Below, one piece after another: positions 30,712 to 39,921 of a DNA stretch of 64,000 bases. Made by a program: the position numbers and the translations under genes. The notes under the pieces were generated by a model. That model was not told the DNA's origin. It searched no databases and saw only the letters and a program-made list of their open reading frames with translations. The DNA comes from Candidatus Hydrogenedens sp. (lineage in GTDB: Bacteria > Hydrogenedentota > Hydrogenedentia > Hydrogenedentales > Hydrogenedentaceae), in contig JBMFRC010000004.1 in assembly GCA_049968235.1 (NCBI GenBank), forward strand, positions 96,001 to 160,000, in the 5' to 3' direction. Position 1 is the first letter of the stretch; each line of letters begins with the position of its first letter.

Positions 30712-32076
30712 ATGAAAGATAGTCAATTAACCCGTCGAGCATTTCTTGCTGTAAGCACAACATTTGCCGTTGCTGGAACAGCCCTTGCAAAGAAACAAAA
30801 AGTAAACACCGCCAGTGTCGTTCCAAGAAAAGTTTCTCCGAATGAGAAACTTAATATTGCAGGAATTGGAGTAGGTGGACAGGGAAAAGGCGATATTATG
30901 AATTGCAAGAGTGAAAACATTATTGCTCTATGTGATGTAGATGATAAAAGAGCGGAAGAAACATTTTACCTACTTCCGGAGGCAAAAAGATATAAAGACT
31001 ATCGGAAGATGTTGGAGGAAATGGACAAAGAAATTGACGCAGTTATTATCTCTACTCCCGACCATGTTCATGCTCCTGCGGCATATATGGCTATGATGAT
31101 GGGAAAACATGTTCGCGTTCAGAAGCCGTTGACACATACAATTGCAGAAGCCCGCTTATTAACTAAAATTGCGAAAGAAACAGGCGTAATTACACAGATG
31201 GGAAATCAGGGACATGCAGGCGATGGTGTTCGTGAATTGTGTGAGATGGTTTGGGCAGGTGCTATAGGTGATGTAAAAGAGGCGCATATATGGACAAATC
31301 GTCCTATCTGGCCTCAGGGTATTGAGAAACCTTTACCTAAACGCGACATTCCACCTACGATTGATTGGAATTTGTGGATAGGTCCGGCTCCCATGCGGGA
31401 TTATAATCCGGGTTATGCTCCTTTTAAGTGGAGAGGCTGGTGGGATTTTGGATGTGGTGCTATTGGAGATATGGCTTGCCATATTATGGACCCTGCATTC
31501 TGGGCATTGAAATTATATGAAGCACCGAAATACACAGTAGAAGTTCTTCAACAGGAAGGTATGAATAAGCAAACGGCGCCGAAAAAATCCATAATAAAGT
31601 ATCAATTCCCTGCTCGTGGGAATATGCCTCCCGTAGATATATATTGGTATGATGGTGGTCTTTTACCCAAACGACCCGAAGGTATCCCTGCAGATGAAAA
31701 GTTAGGCGATGGTGATAATGGCTCTTTATTTATAGGGACAAATGGTTATCTTACCACGGGTTGTTACGGGGGTGATTCTAGATTGGTTCCTGCTGAAAAG
31801 ATGAAAGATTATAAGAGACCTGAACCTACAATTCCGCGCATTCCAGAGGAAAATCCGTTTAAGAATTGGATAGAAAGCATAAAAGCAAATCAGAAGGCAT
31901 GTTCTGATTTTGAATATGCAGGACCTTTAACGGAAGTTGCTAACATGGGGAATGTAGCGCTATGGGCAGGTGAAAAAATTGAATTTGATGTCGCTTCTAT
32001 GAAGATTACAAATATTAAGGAAGCCAATAAGTACTTAACAAAAGAGTATCGTAAAGGCTGGGAATTGCCTTTATAA
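30712..32076 (+). CDS. TAT-exported Gfo/Idh/MocA family NAD-binding oxidoreductase (GH109-like architecture)
   Basis: Twin-arginine signal MKDSQLTRRAFLAVSTTFAVAGTALA; Rossmann NIAGIGVGGQG; ~455 aa as for GH109-type enzymes; start set at the internal ATG after a GGAGG RBS. Confidence 0.7.
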   Translation: MKDSQLTRRAFLAVSTTFAVAGTALAKKQKVNTASVVPRKVSPNEKLNIAGIGVGGQGKGDIMNCKSENIIALCDVDDKRAEETFYLLPEAKRYKDYRKMLEEMDKEIDAVIISTPDHVHAPAAYMAMMMGKHVRVQKPLTHTIAEARLLTKIAKETGVITQMGNQGHAGDGVRELCEMVWAGAIGDVKEAHIWTNRPIWPQGIEKPLPKRDIPPTIDWNLWIGPAPMRDYNPGYAPFKWRGWWDFGCGAIGDMACHIMDPAFWALKLYEAPKYTVEVLQQEGMNKQTAPKKSIIKYQFPARGNMPPVDIYWYDGGLLPKRPEGIPADEKLGDGDNGSLFIGTNGYLTTGCYGGDSRLVPAEKMKDYKRPEPTIPRIPEENPFKNWIESIKANQKACSDFEYAGPLTEVANMGNVALWAGEKIEFDVASMKITNIKEANKYLTKEYRKGWELPL

Positions 32077-32081
32077 TTTAT

Positions 32082-32894
32082 TTAGGAACTAATTTCTAGT
32101 TTTGCATTGCAAGTTAAAAGCCTTGTAAGTTCTATCTTACAAGGCTTTTTGATTTCTTCTTCTAATTTTCCAATTGAGTAAAACTTTATTTTGCCAGATA
32201 TTGTATCTTTTACAATCAGACATCCTGTAATGGGGGTTGTTTCGTCTTTCCATATAAAGATTATATACTCATAAGCAGGAATAGTCCAGAAATTAAAATC
32301 ATTAAGTTTTTGAGGCAGGTTCTCTTTTATTATAGATAATACCTTGTTTAAAATTTTTTTTCTTTTTTCTACTGGGGATTTCAATTTATATAGTGATTCA
32401 TATACTGTCCAGAGGATTAATGATATACCTGGACTTTCATCTAGACCGTTTAAATAGTTTTTTTCGTTTAAATATTGTTTTATTTTTTCTGTTTTTCTTC
32501 TGGAGTTTTCTATGTCAATTCCTACTGGGGATTTAGAATACAATGCCAATATCATCCATTTATCTGTGTGTGCAATCGAAAGGAAAATGGTTTGAGGTGG
32601 GGTAGAAAAAAAATTATTATGTAATATTTCTTCTTCTCTTTTTATGGAATTATAATATCGTATATTTACAGGGTTTGTCTGCATAATGTATAGGAAAAGG
32701 AGCCTACTTAATAATAATTCTTTCCTTCGTTTTTGTGATTGGCAGTTGGAAATATGGTTAGTAAATTCAGATGTAACTATTTTGTTTTTCTGAACAAGGA
32801 CAGACAAATCCTGTTCTGAGAATAAATCCATAGGTATTAATAATAGGGAGATATTTTCATCCAATAAAAAATGGGGCATAAAGAAAAGACTCAT
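32082..32894 (-). CDS. Sfp-type 4'-phosphopantetheinyl transferase
   Basis: SIAHTDKW...VGIDIE (G-x-D-x-E) and W..YESLYKLK (W-x-x-K-E-S-x-x-K) PPTase motifs; 4-nt overlap with upstream gene. Confidence 0.65.
   Translation of the reverse strand: MSLFFMPHFLLDENISLLLIPMDLFSEQDLSVLVQKNKIVTSEFTNHISNCQSQKRRKELLLSRLLFLYIMQTNPVNIRYYNSIKREEEILHNNFFSTPPQTIFLSIAHTDKWMILALYSKSPVGIDIENSRRKTEKIKQYLNEKNYLNGLDESPGISLILWTVYESLYKLKSPVEKRKKILNKVLSIIKENLPQKLNDFNFWTIPAYEYIIFIWKDETTPITGCLIVKDTISGKIKFYSIGKLEEEIKKPCKIELTRLLTCNAKLEISS
32116..32149. terminator. perfect 14-bp inverted repeat hairpin with flanking T/A runs (candidate bidirectional rho-independent terminator), lying within the 3' coding end of the PPTase ORF
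   Basis: aaaagccttgtaag-ttctat-cttacaaggctttt followed by ttt on plus strand; 40 nt downstream of the Gfo/Idh/MocA stop. Confidence 0.55.
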
Positions 32895-34447
32895 TTCTTC
32901 CTTTCATATATATGTAATGCTCTACCGGAAGGCAAAATATATTGTTTGTAAACATAGTTCTTTTGAAATTCTGCTTCTACAGCCATTTCACGGTCACTTA
33001 CAAATCGAGGTTCTTTATTTCCCGTAGCAGAGCCGAACATAATATAATCGGGTTTTCTTGAAAGGACATACTTTCCATCCCCTTTTTCATGTCCTGCAAA
33101 ACCTTTTCCTAATGTTTTTATCTCTCTATGAGCTATATGTTCATCATTAAGACCTAACATATCAATTATCTTTAAATGTGAATAATAAGCGACACTTCCC
33201 GCTGTATTTGTAGCAAGCAGGGAATTCGGTGGAACATTATCACGGAGCCATAATCCGGTTTCCTTTCCCCTCTCAGCAACGACATCAGCCACAATGCGTT
33301 CGTAAAGGTATGGGTCATTTTTTAATTGCCACAAATTAAAAATTACAATAATAATTACCAATAATAAACTACGAAAGTATGATACGCCGGGAAGGAAGAG
33401 GGAATATGCACTTACGGCAACCAATAAAGGGGTAATGGGAGTATAAAAGCGATGTGCGGGCATACAATCTCCACCTACGGATATAACATAGAGCATATTC
33501 AAAAGAACTGCTAAACTCATCGAAAAAACGACATAACCTCTTTTCTCTAATGTTTTTAGGGGAAATATTTGAAGCATAATAAAAGGAGCCCAGATGAGGG
33601 AAGTCCCTTTCAGAAAGTAGAATGCATAAGTTAATCCTCTTTTAATTTGTTCTTTTGATGAACCTACCTTTACATAGAAAGTATTGGGTAGTAACCAACC
33701 ATAATAGTTATATCTCCATATAAAATAGGGAATAAATACAAGGGAAAATCCTAATATGATAAATATAGGATTAAAGTATTGCTTTTCTTTGAAGGCGTGA
33801 AGAAATGAACAAAAGACAAGAACAGGGAGAATTATTCCTGCATCAGGACGTGACATCACTGCGAGGGCTATTACAACTCCCACAAGGAAATAACCCGATA
33901 ATAATTCTTTATTCCGTGAAATGAAAGCACCAAATAACAATATCGACAGGAAAATTAAAAAGGCGGTCATACTTGTTTCCATACCGCTCATAGCCCAGGA
34001 AGTAAAAGCACCCATAGAGCCTAAAATTAAAACACCTGCAACAGAAACGAGCCAATGCGTTCCTTTAATAATTTTATGGATGCAGGACATTAGAAATATA
34101 GTAATAAATGTAAATAGAACACCCAGAATTTTTGATGTTATAGGCAAATCCAAGCCTATTTTATGTAGTCCCGCTAATAATAGGACCCATAAAAAGCAGG
34201 TATAGCCCTCTACATATTCACCTTCGTTATAGACAATACCTTTTCCTTCGGAAAAATTTTCTGCATACCGAAATGCAATATATGCATCGTCTAATGTCCA
34301 TGGTTGTAAGTAATAGTTATACAAAGATACTAATATTAATGAAATACCAAGAGATATAAGGATAATGAACTCTCCATAACGGGAAATATTAAGTTTTTCC
34401 TTTTTCTCACCTATCTTAAAAAAGCGGAAATTTTCATAAGAATTCAT
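32891..34447 (-). CDS. GT-C fold integral membrane glycosyltransferase-like protein (ArnT/PMT-like), ~11-12 TM + C-terminal soluble domain
   Basis: Many TM helices; first-loop acidic motif LDDAYIAFRYAENF resembles the DE/DD motif of GT39/GT83 enzymes; 518 aa. Confidence 0.5.
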   Translation of the reverse strand: MNSYENFRFFKIGEKKEKLNISRYGEFIILISLGISLILVSLYNYYLQPWTLDDAYIAFRYAENFSEGKGIVYNEGEYVEGYTCFLWVLLLAGLHKIGLDLPITSKILGVLFTFITIFLMSCIHKIIKGTHWLVSVAGVLILGSMGAFTSWAMSGMETSMTAFLIFLSILLFGAFISRNKELLSGYFLVGVVIALAVMSRPDAGIILPVLVFCSFLHAFKEKQYFNPIFIILGFSLVFIPYFIWRYNYYGWLLPNTFYVKVGSSKEQIKRGLTYAFYFLKGTSLIWAPFIMLQIFPLKTLEKRGYVVFSMSLAVLLNMLYVISVGGDCMPAHRFYTPITPLLVAVSAYSLFLPGVSYFRSLLLVIIIVIFNLWQLKNDPYLYERIVADVVAERGKETGLWLRDNVPPNSLLATNTAGSVAYYSHLKIIDMLGLNDEHIAHREIKTLGKGFAGHEKGDGKYVLSRKPDYIMFGSATGNKEPRFVSDREMAVEAEFQKNYVYKQYILPSGRALHIYERKK

Positions 34448-34450
34448 ATA

Positions 34451-35170
34451 TTAACCTCTGCTTAATTTTATTGTCCACCATATACTATACAAGAAATAGT
34501 AAATAACATATATTAGAGATAAATAAATATAGATATGATGTTTGGGATAGTTATAAATAGATAGTATGATAAGAAATGCCCAGATTGAAACTAAAATGAG
34601 ATTTAGTAAACGGTATTGAATGGCTCTGCTGGGATATAAGTAACGAATAGGAATGAATACTAAAATAGTTAACGATAAAATTATTATAAAATTAACTTTC
34701 TCCGGGAAATCTAAAAGAAATATATAAAGCACCACAATATTCCAATACGAAGGGAAACCTTTGAACCAATGGTCTTCTGTTTTTGCATCGGTCTGGCAAA
34801 ATTGATATGCAGAAGAAAGGGTTATCAAAATTGAAGATAATAAATTTAGTTTATAAGGGACACTGTGGGTCTCATATAAAAAACTGGCGGGTACTATTAC
34901 ATAAGTAAAATAATCAACAATATTATCTAATAAAGCACCGTCGAAATTAGGGAGGACATCTTTTACCTTAAATGCACGAGCCAGGATACCATCAATAGAA
35001 TCTATAAAAACAGAAATAGCCATCCATGTAAATGCCTGGACCCATTGATGTCTACCGATAGCAATAATTGCCAAGAAGCCGAAAACAGCACCCATTGCAG
35101 TAAGTAAATGTATCGACCACGCAAGGGTGTATTGAATGCAGGAATACTCTTTATTGTTTGTCATATTCAA
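34451..35170 (-). CDS. CDP-alcohol phosphatidyltransferase family protein, phosphatidylcholine-synthase-like motif spacing
   Basis: DSIDGILARAFKVKDVLPNFDGALLDNIVD = D-G-x2-A-R-x12-G-x3-D-x3-D; x12 spacing rather than x8 is the variant described for Pcs; 239 aa, multi-TM. Confidence 0.5.
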   Translation of the reverse strand: MNMTNNKEYSCIQYTLAWSIHLLTAMGAVFGFLAIIAIGRHQWVQAFTWMAISVFIDSIDGILARAFKVKDVLPNFDGALLDNIVDYFTYVIVPASFLYETHSVPYKLNLLSSILITLSSAYQFCQTDAKTEDHWFKGFPSYWNIVVLYIFLLDFPEKVNFIIILSLTILVFIPIRYLYPSRAIQYRLLNLILVSIWAFLIILSIYNYPKHHIYIYLSLIYVIYYFLYSIWWTIKLSRG

Positions 35171-35193
35171 GCAGTCTATTTATTCTCATGCCT

Positions 35194-36456
35194 TCAAGTC
35201 TTTTCAATATCATGTAATAATTTTACCTTTTTACGAAGGTAATAAAAAAGCAATAACTCAGCAAGTATAACAAAAAATACAAGGAATGTTATGTATTTGT
35301 AAGATATTGTTACTCCGTATTTATCTACTAAAAAACCAAAGATAAGACTTCCCACGACACCCCCTAATCCTACAAGCCCTTCATTAATTGAAGCCCTGCC
35401 ATGTCGGAGAACAGGGTTATTAACACTATAATAGGTGCTGGCAAAGAAAGTTAAGCCATGGTTTGCACCGATTACAGCAAAAGATATGCATATTAATAGG
35501 ATACTTTTTGTTTCTGACAAGAGGTAAAATGTAATAGCACATATCCCTTGAGAAATAATAAGTAAAGAAATGCGATGTTTCCAGAAGTAGGTCCATGCGA
35601 ATAGTAAAAACACACCCGCAGTAGTAAAAGCCATCATTGCAGATGGCCAGGAAAATTTTGTTGCGGGGTCTCCAGTAAGAATAGGACTGACTGAATTTTC
35701 AAATAAGAACCGAAGTTCATTGTTTGAAACTAATTTTTTTAGGTGTTCAGCGTAAGTAGAACGAGGAATTATTGACATTAAGTTGGCAAGAAAAACCCCT
35801 ATCCAAAAAGGATACAAAAACAGATTGTTTGTTTCATCGCCATTGTGATTACTCTCAGAATTTTGTGGGGAGTTATTTTTCAGATTATAATGGCTATTTT
35901 CATTTTGTATGAACAAAAGAAAAATAAAGGAAAGAATGCTTATAAAAAATATCAGGATATAGGGTAATCTGAAATCAATATCGTAAAGAGGTCCTGCAAC
36001 CAGTGGACTAATTGTAAAACCCAAACTCCAAGCAATATTGAAAAAAGCAAGATTTCGTTGTCTTTTAGTTTCATTTGTTTCAGTTCCCACCCATGCATAG
36101 AATGCAGGCCAGGTAATTGCCATACCTATAAAAGCCATTGCAGATAGTAGATAAAAAGCATATTTAGAAGGGAAAAAAGGATATAAGGGATAAGAAAAAG
36201 TAAAAATAATGACCCCCCATCTTGCCCATGATAATATGTTTTTTGATTTTCCCACAATCCTTGATGTTAAAAGACAGGTAATTGTGTAAACTGCCATTTG
36301 TATAGCAAAGACATTTCCGGAGATAGCCGTGTTTCCATTGGGGAGATGGTCGAGAATGAGAAAAGGCAATGCAACAATACCTGCCATAATGGCAAAATCT
36401 ACCCAAAAACCGACCTGGCATAGTAAAAAGAAGGATATAAATCTTTTACGGGACAT
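35194..36456 (-). CDS. MFS family transporter (12 TM)
   Basis: 420 aa with ~12 hydrophobic helices; basic cytoplasmic loop GKSKN between TM2 and TM3 is MFS-like; 23-nt gap to the Pcs-like gene. Confidence 0.65.
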   Translation of the reverse strand: MSRKRFISFFLLCQVGFWVDFAIMAGIVALPFLILDHLPNGNTAISGNVFAIQMAVYTITCLLTSRIVGKSKNILSWARWGVIIFTFSYPLYPFFPSKYAFYLLSAMAFIGMAITWPAFYAWVGTETNETKRQRNLAFFNIAWSLGFTISPLVAGPLYDIDFRLPYILIFFISILSFIFLLFIQNENSHYNLKNNSPQNSESNHNGDETNNLFLYPFWIGVFLANLMSIIPRSTYAEHLKKLVSNNELRFLFENSVSPILTGDPATKFSWPSAMMAFTTAGVFLLFAWTYFWKHRISLLIISQGICAITFYLLSETKSILLICISFAVIGANHGLTFFASTYYSVNNPVLRHGRASINEGLVGLGGVVGSLIFGFLVDKYGVTISYKYITFLVFFVILAELLLFYYLRKKVKLLHDIEKT

Positions 36457-36560
36457 ACTATTCTATTTCTCTATGTTGTGTGGGATATTATAGGATTAGA
36501 TAAATTAATGGATTATCGTTTATATGAAGGGAAAACTGCAAATTTAAATAACTTGCAATT

Positions 36561-37691
36561 TTATCCAATCGTTTTATGGAATCGGAATGAGGCAATAAAA
36601 AGGATGATAATCCCCATAGCTCCGAGAATTGCACCGTTGTGCCATAAATCCCAGAAACCTGCATTGCGAAGAATAATCCCGCGTAGAATTCGAATAAAAT
36701 AGGTAGCGGGGACAATCTGTCCAAACCAATAAATAATTTTGGGCATGGTTTCTTGTGGGAACATAAAACCGGAAAGAAGGAATGAAGGTAATAGTATCAG
36801 AAATGAGATTTGTAATGCTTGAATTTGATTCTGGGCAAAAGTAGAAACCAGTAATCCCATACCTAATGTAGTGAAAAGAAATATTCCGGCGAAGAAAGCC
36901 AGGAGAAGGACACTTCCGGCAATAGGAACTTGAAATAAAAATCGCATTAAAAACAGAACCGAGGCTGTTTCACATATTCCCACACCTAAAAAAGGAATTA
37001 ATTTACCTAACATCAGCCCAAAGCGAGAGACAGGTGTAACCACCAATTGTTCTAATGTTCTCTGTTCTTTTTCTTTTACAATAGCGAAAGATGTTAGGAG
37101 CATTATTACTACTTGAAGGATAACTCCGCATAAGCCGGGAATCATAAAATTTGCTGTTCTCATATCGGGATTGAATAATACGCGGGGTCGCATATCAATA
37201 GGGAACTGAGAAGGTAGGACTTTTGTTTTGTTTAATACTTTTATTGAAGCCCTTAATCCGATGGCATTACTTACATTTAAAGCCTGCATTGCCACTGTAG
37301 AATCGCTACCATCGATGAGGATTTGTATGCTAACATGTTCATTTTTCAACACGCGGTCTGTATAGTAAGGAGGAATATGGATACCGACACGAACATCTCC
37401 CCTACGCATAGATGTAGCCATTTCTTCTTCATTGTTGAAAATCTTAACAATGTCAAAATATCCTGAATTTACGAACTGGTCTGCTAAATTTCTACTCTCT
37501 ATCTTTTTATCTTGATTTAATATACCTGTCCGAATATTTTTTATATCTAAATTGACAGCAAAGCCAAAAATGATGAGTTCAATACTTGGAATAACTAACA
37601 TTAAGAAAAGACTTCGTGGGTCTCTGACAATGTGTCTTGTTTCTTTGTAAATAATTGCAAAAAGCCCTTGAAACATATCTTCACTTTCCAA
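36561..37691 (-). CDS. ABC-2 type transporter permease
   Basis: 376 aa; N-terminal TM, periplasmic domain, then a C-terminal bundle of 5 TM helices; overlaps the ATPase gene by 11 nt. Confidence 0.75.
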   Translation of the reverse strand: MESEDMFQGLFAIIYKETRHIVRDPRSLFLMLVIPSIELIIFGFAVNLDIKNIRTGILNQDKKIESRNLADQFVNSGYFDIVKIFNNEEEMATSMRRGDVRVGIHIPPYYTDRVLKNEHVSIQILIDGSDSTVAMQALNVSNAIGLRASIKVLNKTKVLPSQFPIDMRPRVLFNPDMRTANFMIPGLCGVILQVVIMLLTSFAIVKEKEQRTLEQLVVTPVSRFGLMLGKLIPFLGVGICETASVLFLMRFLFQVPIAGSVLLLAFFAGIFLFTTLGMGLLVSTFAQNQIQALQISFLILLPSFLLSGFMFPQETMPKIIYWFGQIVPATYFIRILRGIILRNAGFWDLWHNGAILGAMGIIILFIASFRFHKTIG

Positions 37692-38667
37692 AAGAACGAG
37701 TTAAAGTCACGAAAACATCTTCAAGTGTTGGCGGAACTACTCGTAAACTCTGAATATGAAATCCTTTTTTCTGAATAGATTGTTGGAGTTCATCTTCGCT
37801 TCCCTTTTGAATAAGAATATGAATAACATCCGAAAACATGGTGGCATCCCTGACAAAAGTCATTCTTAACAACTCTCGCATGGCTTCTGTAAGTCGGTCT
37901 ATTCTGAGTTCATATCGCACAAATCCTTCTGGTGTTACTTGTGGCATCTTTTTTAATTCTTCCGGGGAACCATAAGCAATAAGTTTTGAAAAGTAGATAT
38001 ATCCGAGGTGGGAACATCGTTCCGCTTCATCCATATAGTGAGTTGTAACAAAAAAAGTCGTTCCACGTGCGGAGAGGTCAAATAAGAGATTCCATAAGTC
38101 ACGACGGGCAACAGGGTCAATTCCTGCGGTAGGCTCATCTAAGAATAACAATTTCGGATTATGAACCAGTGAACAGGCAAGAGCAAGTCTTTGTTTCCAT
38201 CCTCCGGATAAAGAACCTGATAATTGGTTCAGGTAAGGTTTGATATCTACAATATTAATTACTTCATCAATTCGCTCTTTTCTTTGTTTTCGGGGGATAC
38301 CGTAAATTTTAGCATAAAAAGTAATATTTTCAAGGACGGTGAGGTCAGCATATAGACTGAATTGTTGGGACATATAGCCAATCGATTTTTTTATTTCTTC
38401 ACTTTCAGAAACTACATCATAACCTAAAACCCTTGCTTCACCGGAGGTAGGACGAAGAATACCACATAACATACGAATTAAGGTTGTCTTTCCGGAACCA
38501 TTAGGACCTAAAAAACCGAATATATCTCGTTTTCGAACTGTTAATGAAACACGGTCAACAGCAGTGTGTACGCCAAATTTTCGGGATAATTCATTTACCT
38601 CGATTACTGCAGGGTAAACCTGCTGTGAAATGTGGTTGTCTTCTACCTGTGACATATATAGGCTCAT
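37681..38667 (-). CDS. ABC transporter ATP-binding protein
   Basis: Walker A GPNGSGKTT, signature LSGGWKQRLALA, Walker B LLFLDEPTAGID. Confidence 0.85.
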   Translation of the reverse strand: MSLYMSQVEDNHISQQVYPAVIEVNELSRKFGVHTAVDRVSLTVRKRDIFGFLGPNGSGKTTLIRMLCGILRPTSGEARVLGYDVVSESEEIKKSIGYMSQQFSLYADLTVLENITFYAKIYGIPRKQRKERIDEVINIVDIKPYLNQLSGSLSGGWKQRLALACSLVHNPKLLFLDEPTAGIDPVARRDLWNLLFDLSARGTTFFVTTHYMDEAERCSHLGYIYFSKLIAYGSPEELKKMPQVTPEGFVRYELRIDRLTEAMRELLRMTFVRDATMFSDVIHILIQKGSEDELQQSIQKKGFHIQSLRVVPPTLEDVFVTLTRSFGK

Positions 38668-39800
38668 CGTGTTAATGGGACTTTCACAGTAGCAGTCATT
38701 CCTGCACGAAGTTTACCGTTATATGAGTTAAGGGACAATTTCACAGCAAACACTTGTTGTATTCTCTCTTCCTGTGTTTGTAAATTTCGAGGAGTAAATT
38801 CACCTTCGGAAGCAATATAGATAATTTTTCCTGAAAATGTTTCATCTCTATGAGCGTCTGTAACAAAGGTCAAATTTTGTCCTATGGAAATATAACCCAA
38901 CACATAGGCAGGGACATATATAACCATTTCCAAATCGTCCGGGTTCACAATACGGATACAGGGACCCGGGGGAACAATATCTCCTTTACGAACAGATACA
39001 GACTCTACAATACCATCGATTGGCGAGTTAACAGTGCACTCTTTCCTGACTGAATCAGCCCTTGATAATTCGGCGAGGGCTGATTCTAAAGCCGATTCTG
39101 CAGAACGGATATCTTCAATTCGTGGTCCTCTTTTTATTTCATCAAACATAGCAACAGTTCGTTCCCAATTTGCTTTTGCTGATTCTATTTCTTCTTCCCG
39201 GGCACCTTTTTGAAGTTGTTTATATCTTTCATCCGCTACGCGATATTCTGCTTTTGCTTTTTCAAAAAGTATTTTTGCTTGTTCCCATTCTTTTTTAGAA
39301 ACTGCTCCTTCGTTAAATAGTCGTTCTGCTCGTTCGTAATCGCGTTTGGCTATTTCAAAGGTAGATTTTGCGGATTCCAGTGTAGCTTTTGCAGATTGTT
39401 TATCTTCTTCTCTTGCTCCTGCAAGCAAAAGCCGATATTGTGCTTCTGCAGTTTTCATAGCATTTTCTGCCTGACGGAGTTCTTCCTCCGTAGCACCTCT
39501 TTTTAACTTTTCCACCAGGGATTCGGCACGTTTAACTCCAGCAAGGGCGGATTGATACATTGACTCCTGTTGGTTACAGTCAAACTGAATTAGAGTAGTA
39601 TCTTTTTTTACGAAATCCCCTTCTTTAACAAAAACATCAATAATACGACCTCCAATTGTCGAACCTGGCGTATGGACTTTGCATTCGATTTGTCCTGAAA
39701 CTAAAAAGGAAGTTTTTTCTTCTTTGGTGCATGAGCAAAATGTAATAGAACTAATTAAAAGTATTGTAGGAATTTTTTTGTAGAAAATCTTATATTTCAT
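38664..39800 (-). CDS. HlyD-family membrane fusion (periplasmic adaptor) lipoprotein
   Basis: Lipobox ITFCSC; long coiled-coil with repeated EEEL/ERLF heptads; C-terminal beta-barrel segment; 4-nt overlap with the ABC ATPase. Confidence 0.75.
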   Translation of the reverse strand: MKYKIFYKKIPTILLISSITFCSCTKEEKTSFLVSGQIECKVHTPGSTIGGRIIDVFVKEGDFVKKDTTLIQFDCNQQESMYQSALAGVKRAESLVEKLKRGATEEELRQAENAMKTAEAQYRLLLAGAREEDKQSAKATLESAKSTFEIAKRDYERAERLFNEGAVSKKEWEQAKILFEKAKAEYRVADERYKQLQKGAREEEIESAKANWERTVAMFDEIKRGPRIEDIRSAESALESALAELSRADSVRKECTVNSPIDGIVESVSVRKGDIVPPGPCIRIVNPDDLEMVIYVPAYVLGYISIGQNLTFVTDAHRDETFSGKIIYIASEGEFTPRNLQTQEERIQQVFAVKLSLNSYNGKLRAGMTATVKVPLTR

Positions 39801-39921
39801 TTTTTTGTCAAAAAATATTTTATATACATTAATTTTTCAATATTGTTACTAAAAATTCAGGTAGAAAATAATAACTTACTTAAAATAATAAATACAAAAT
39901 AAGAGGAGGTGAAGGGGTAAG

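Noticed and set aside
36478-36724. Two overlapping small ORFs (74 and 78 aa) on opposite strands
   Set aside because: They overlap the 5' end of the ABC-2 permease gene and each other, and have no independent support.
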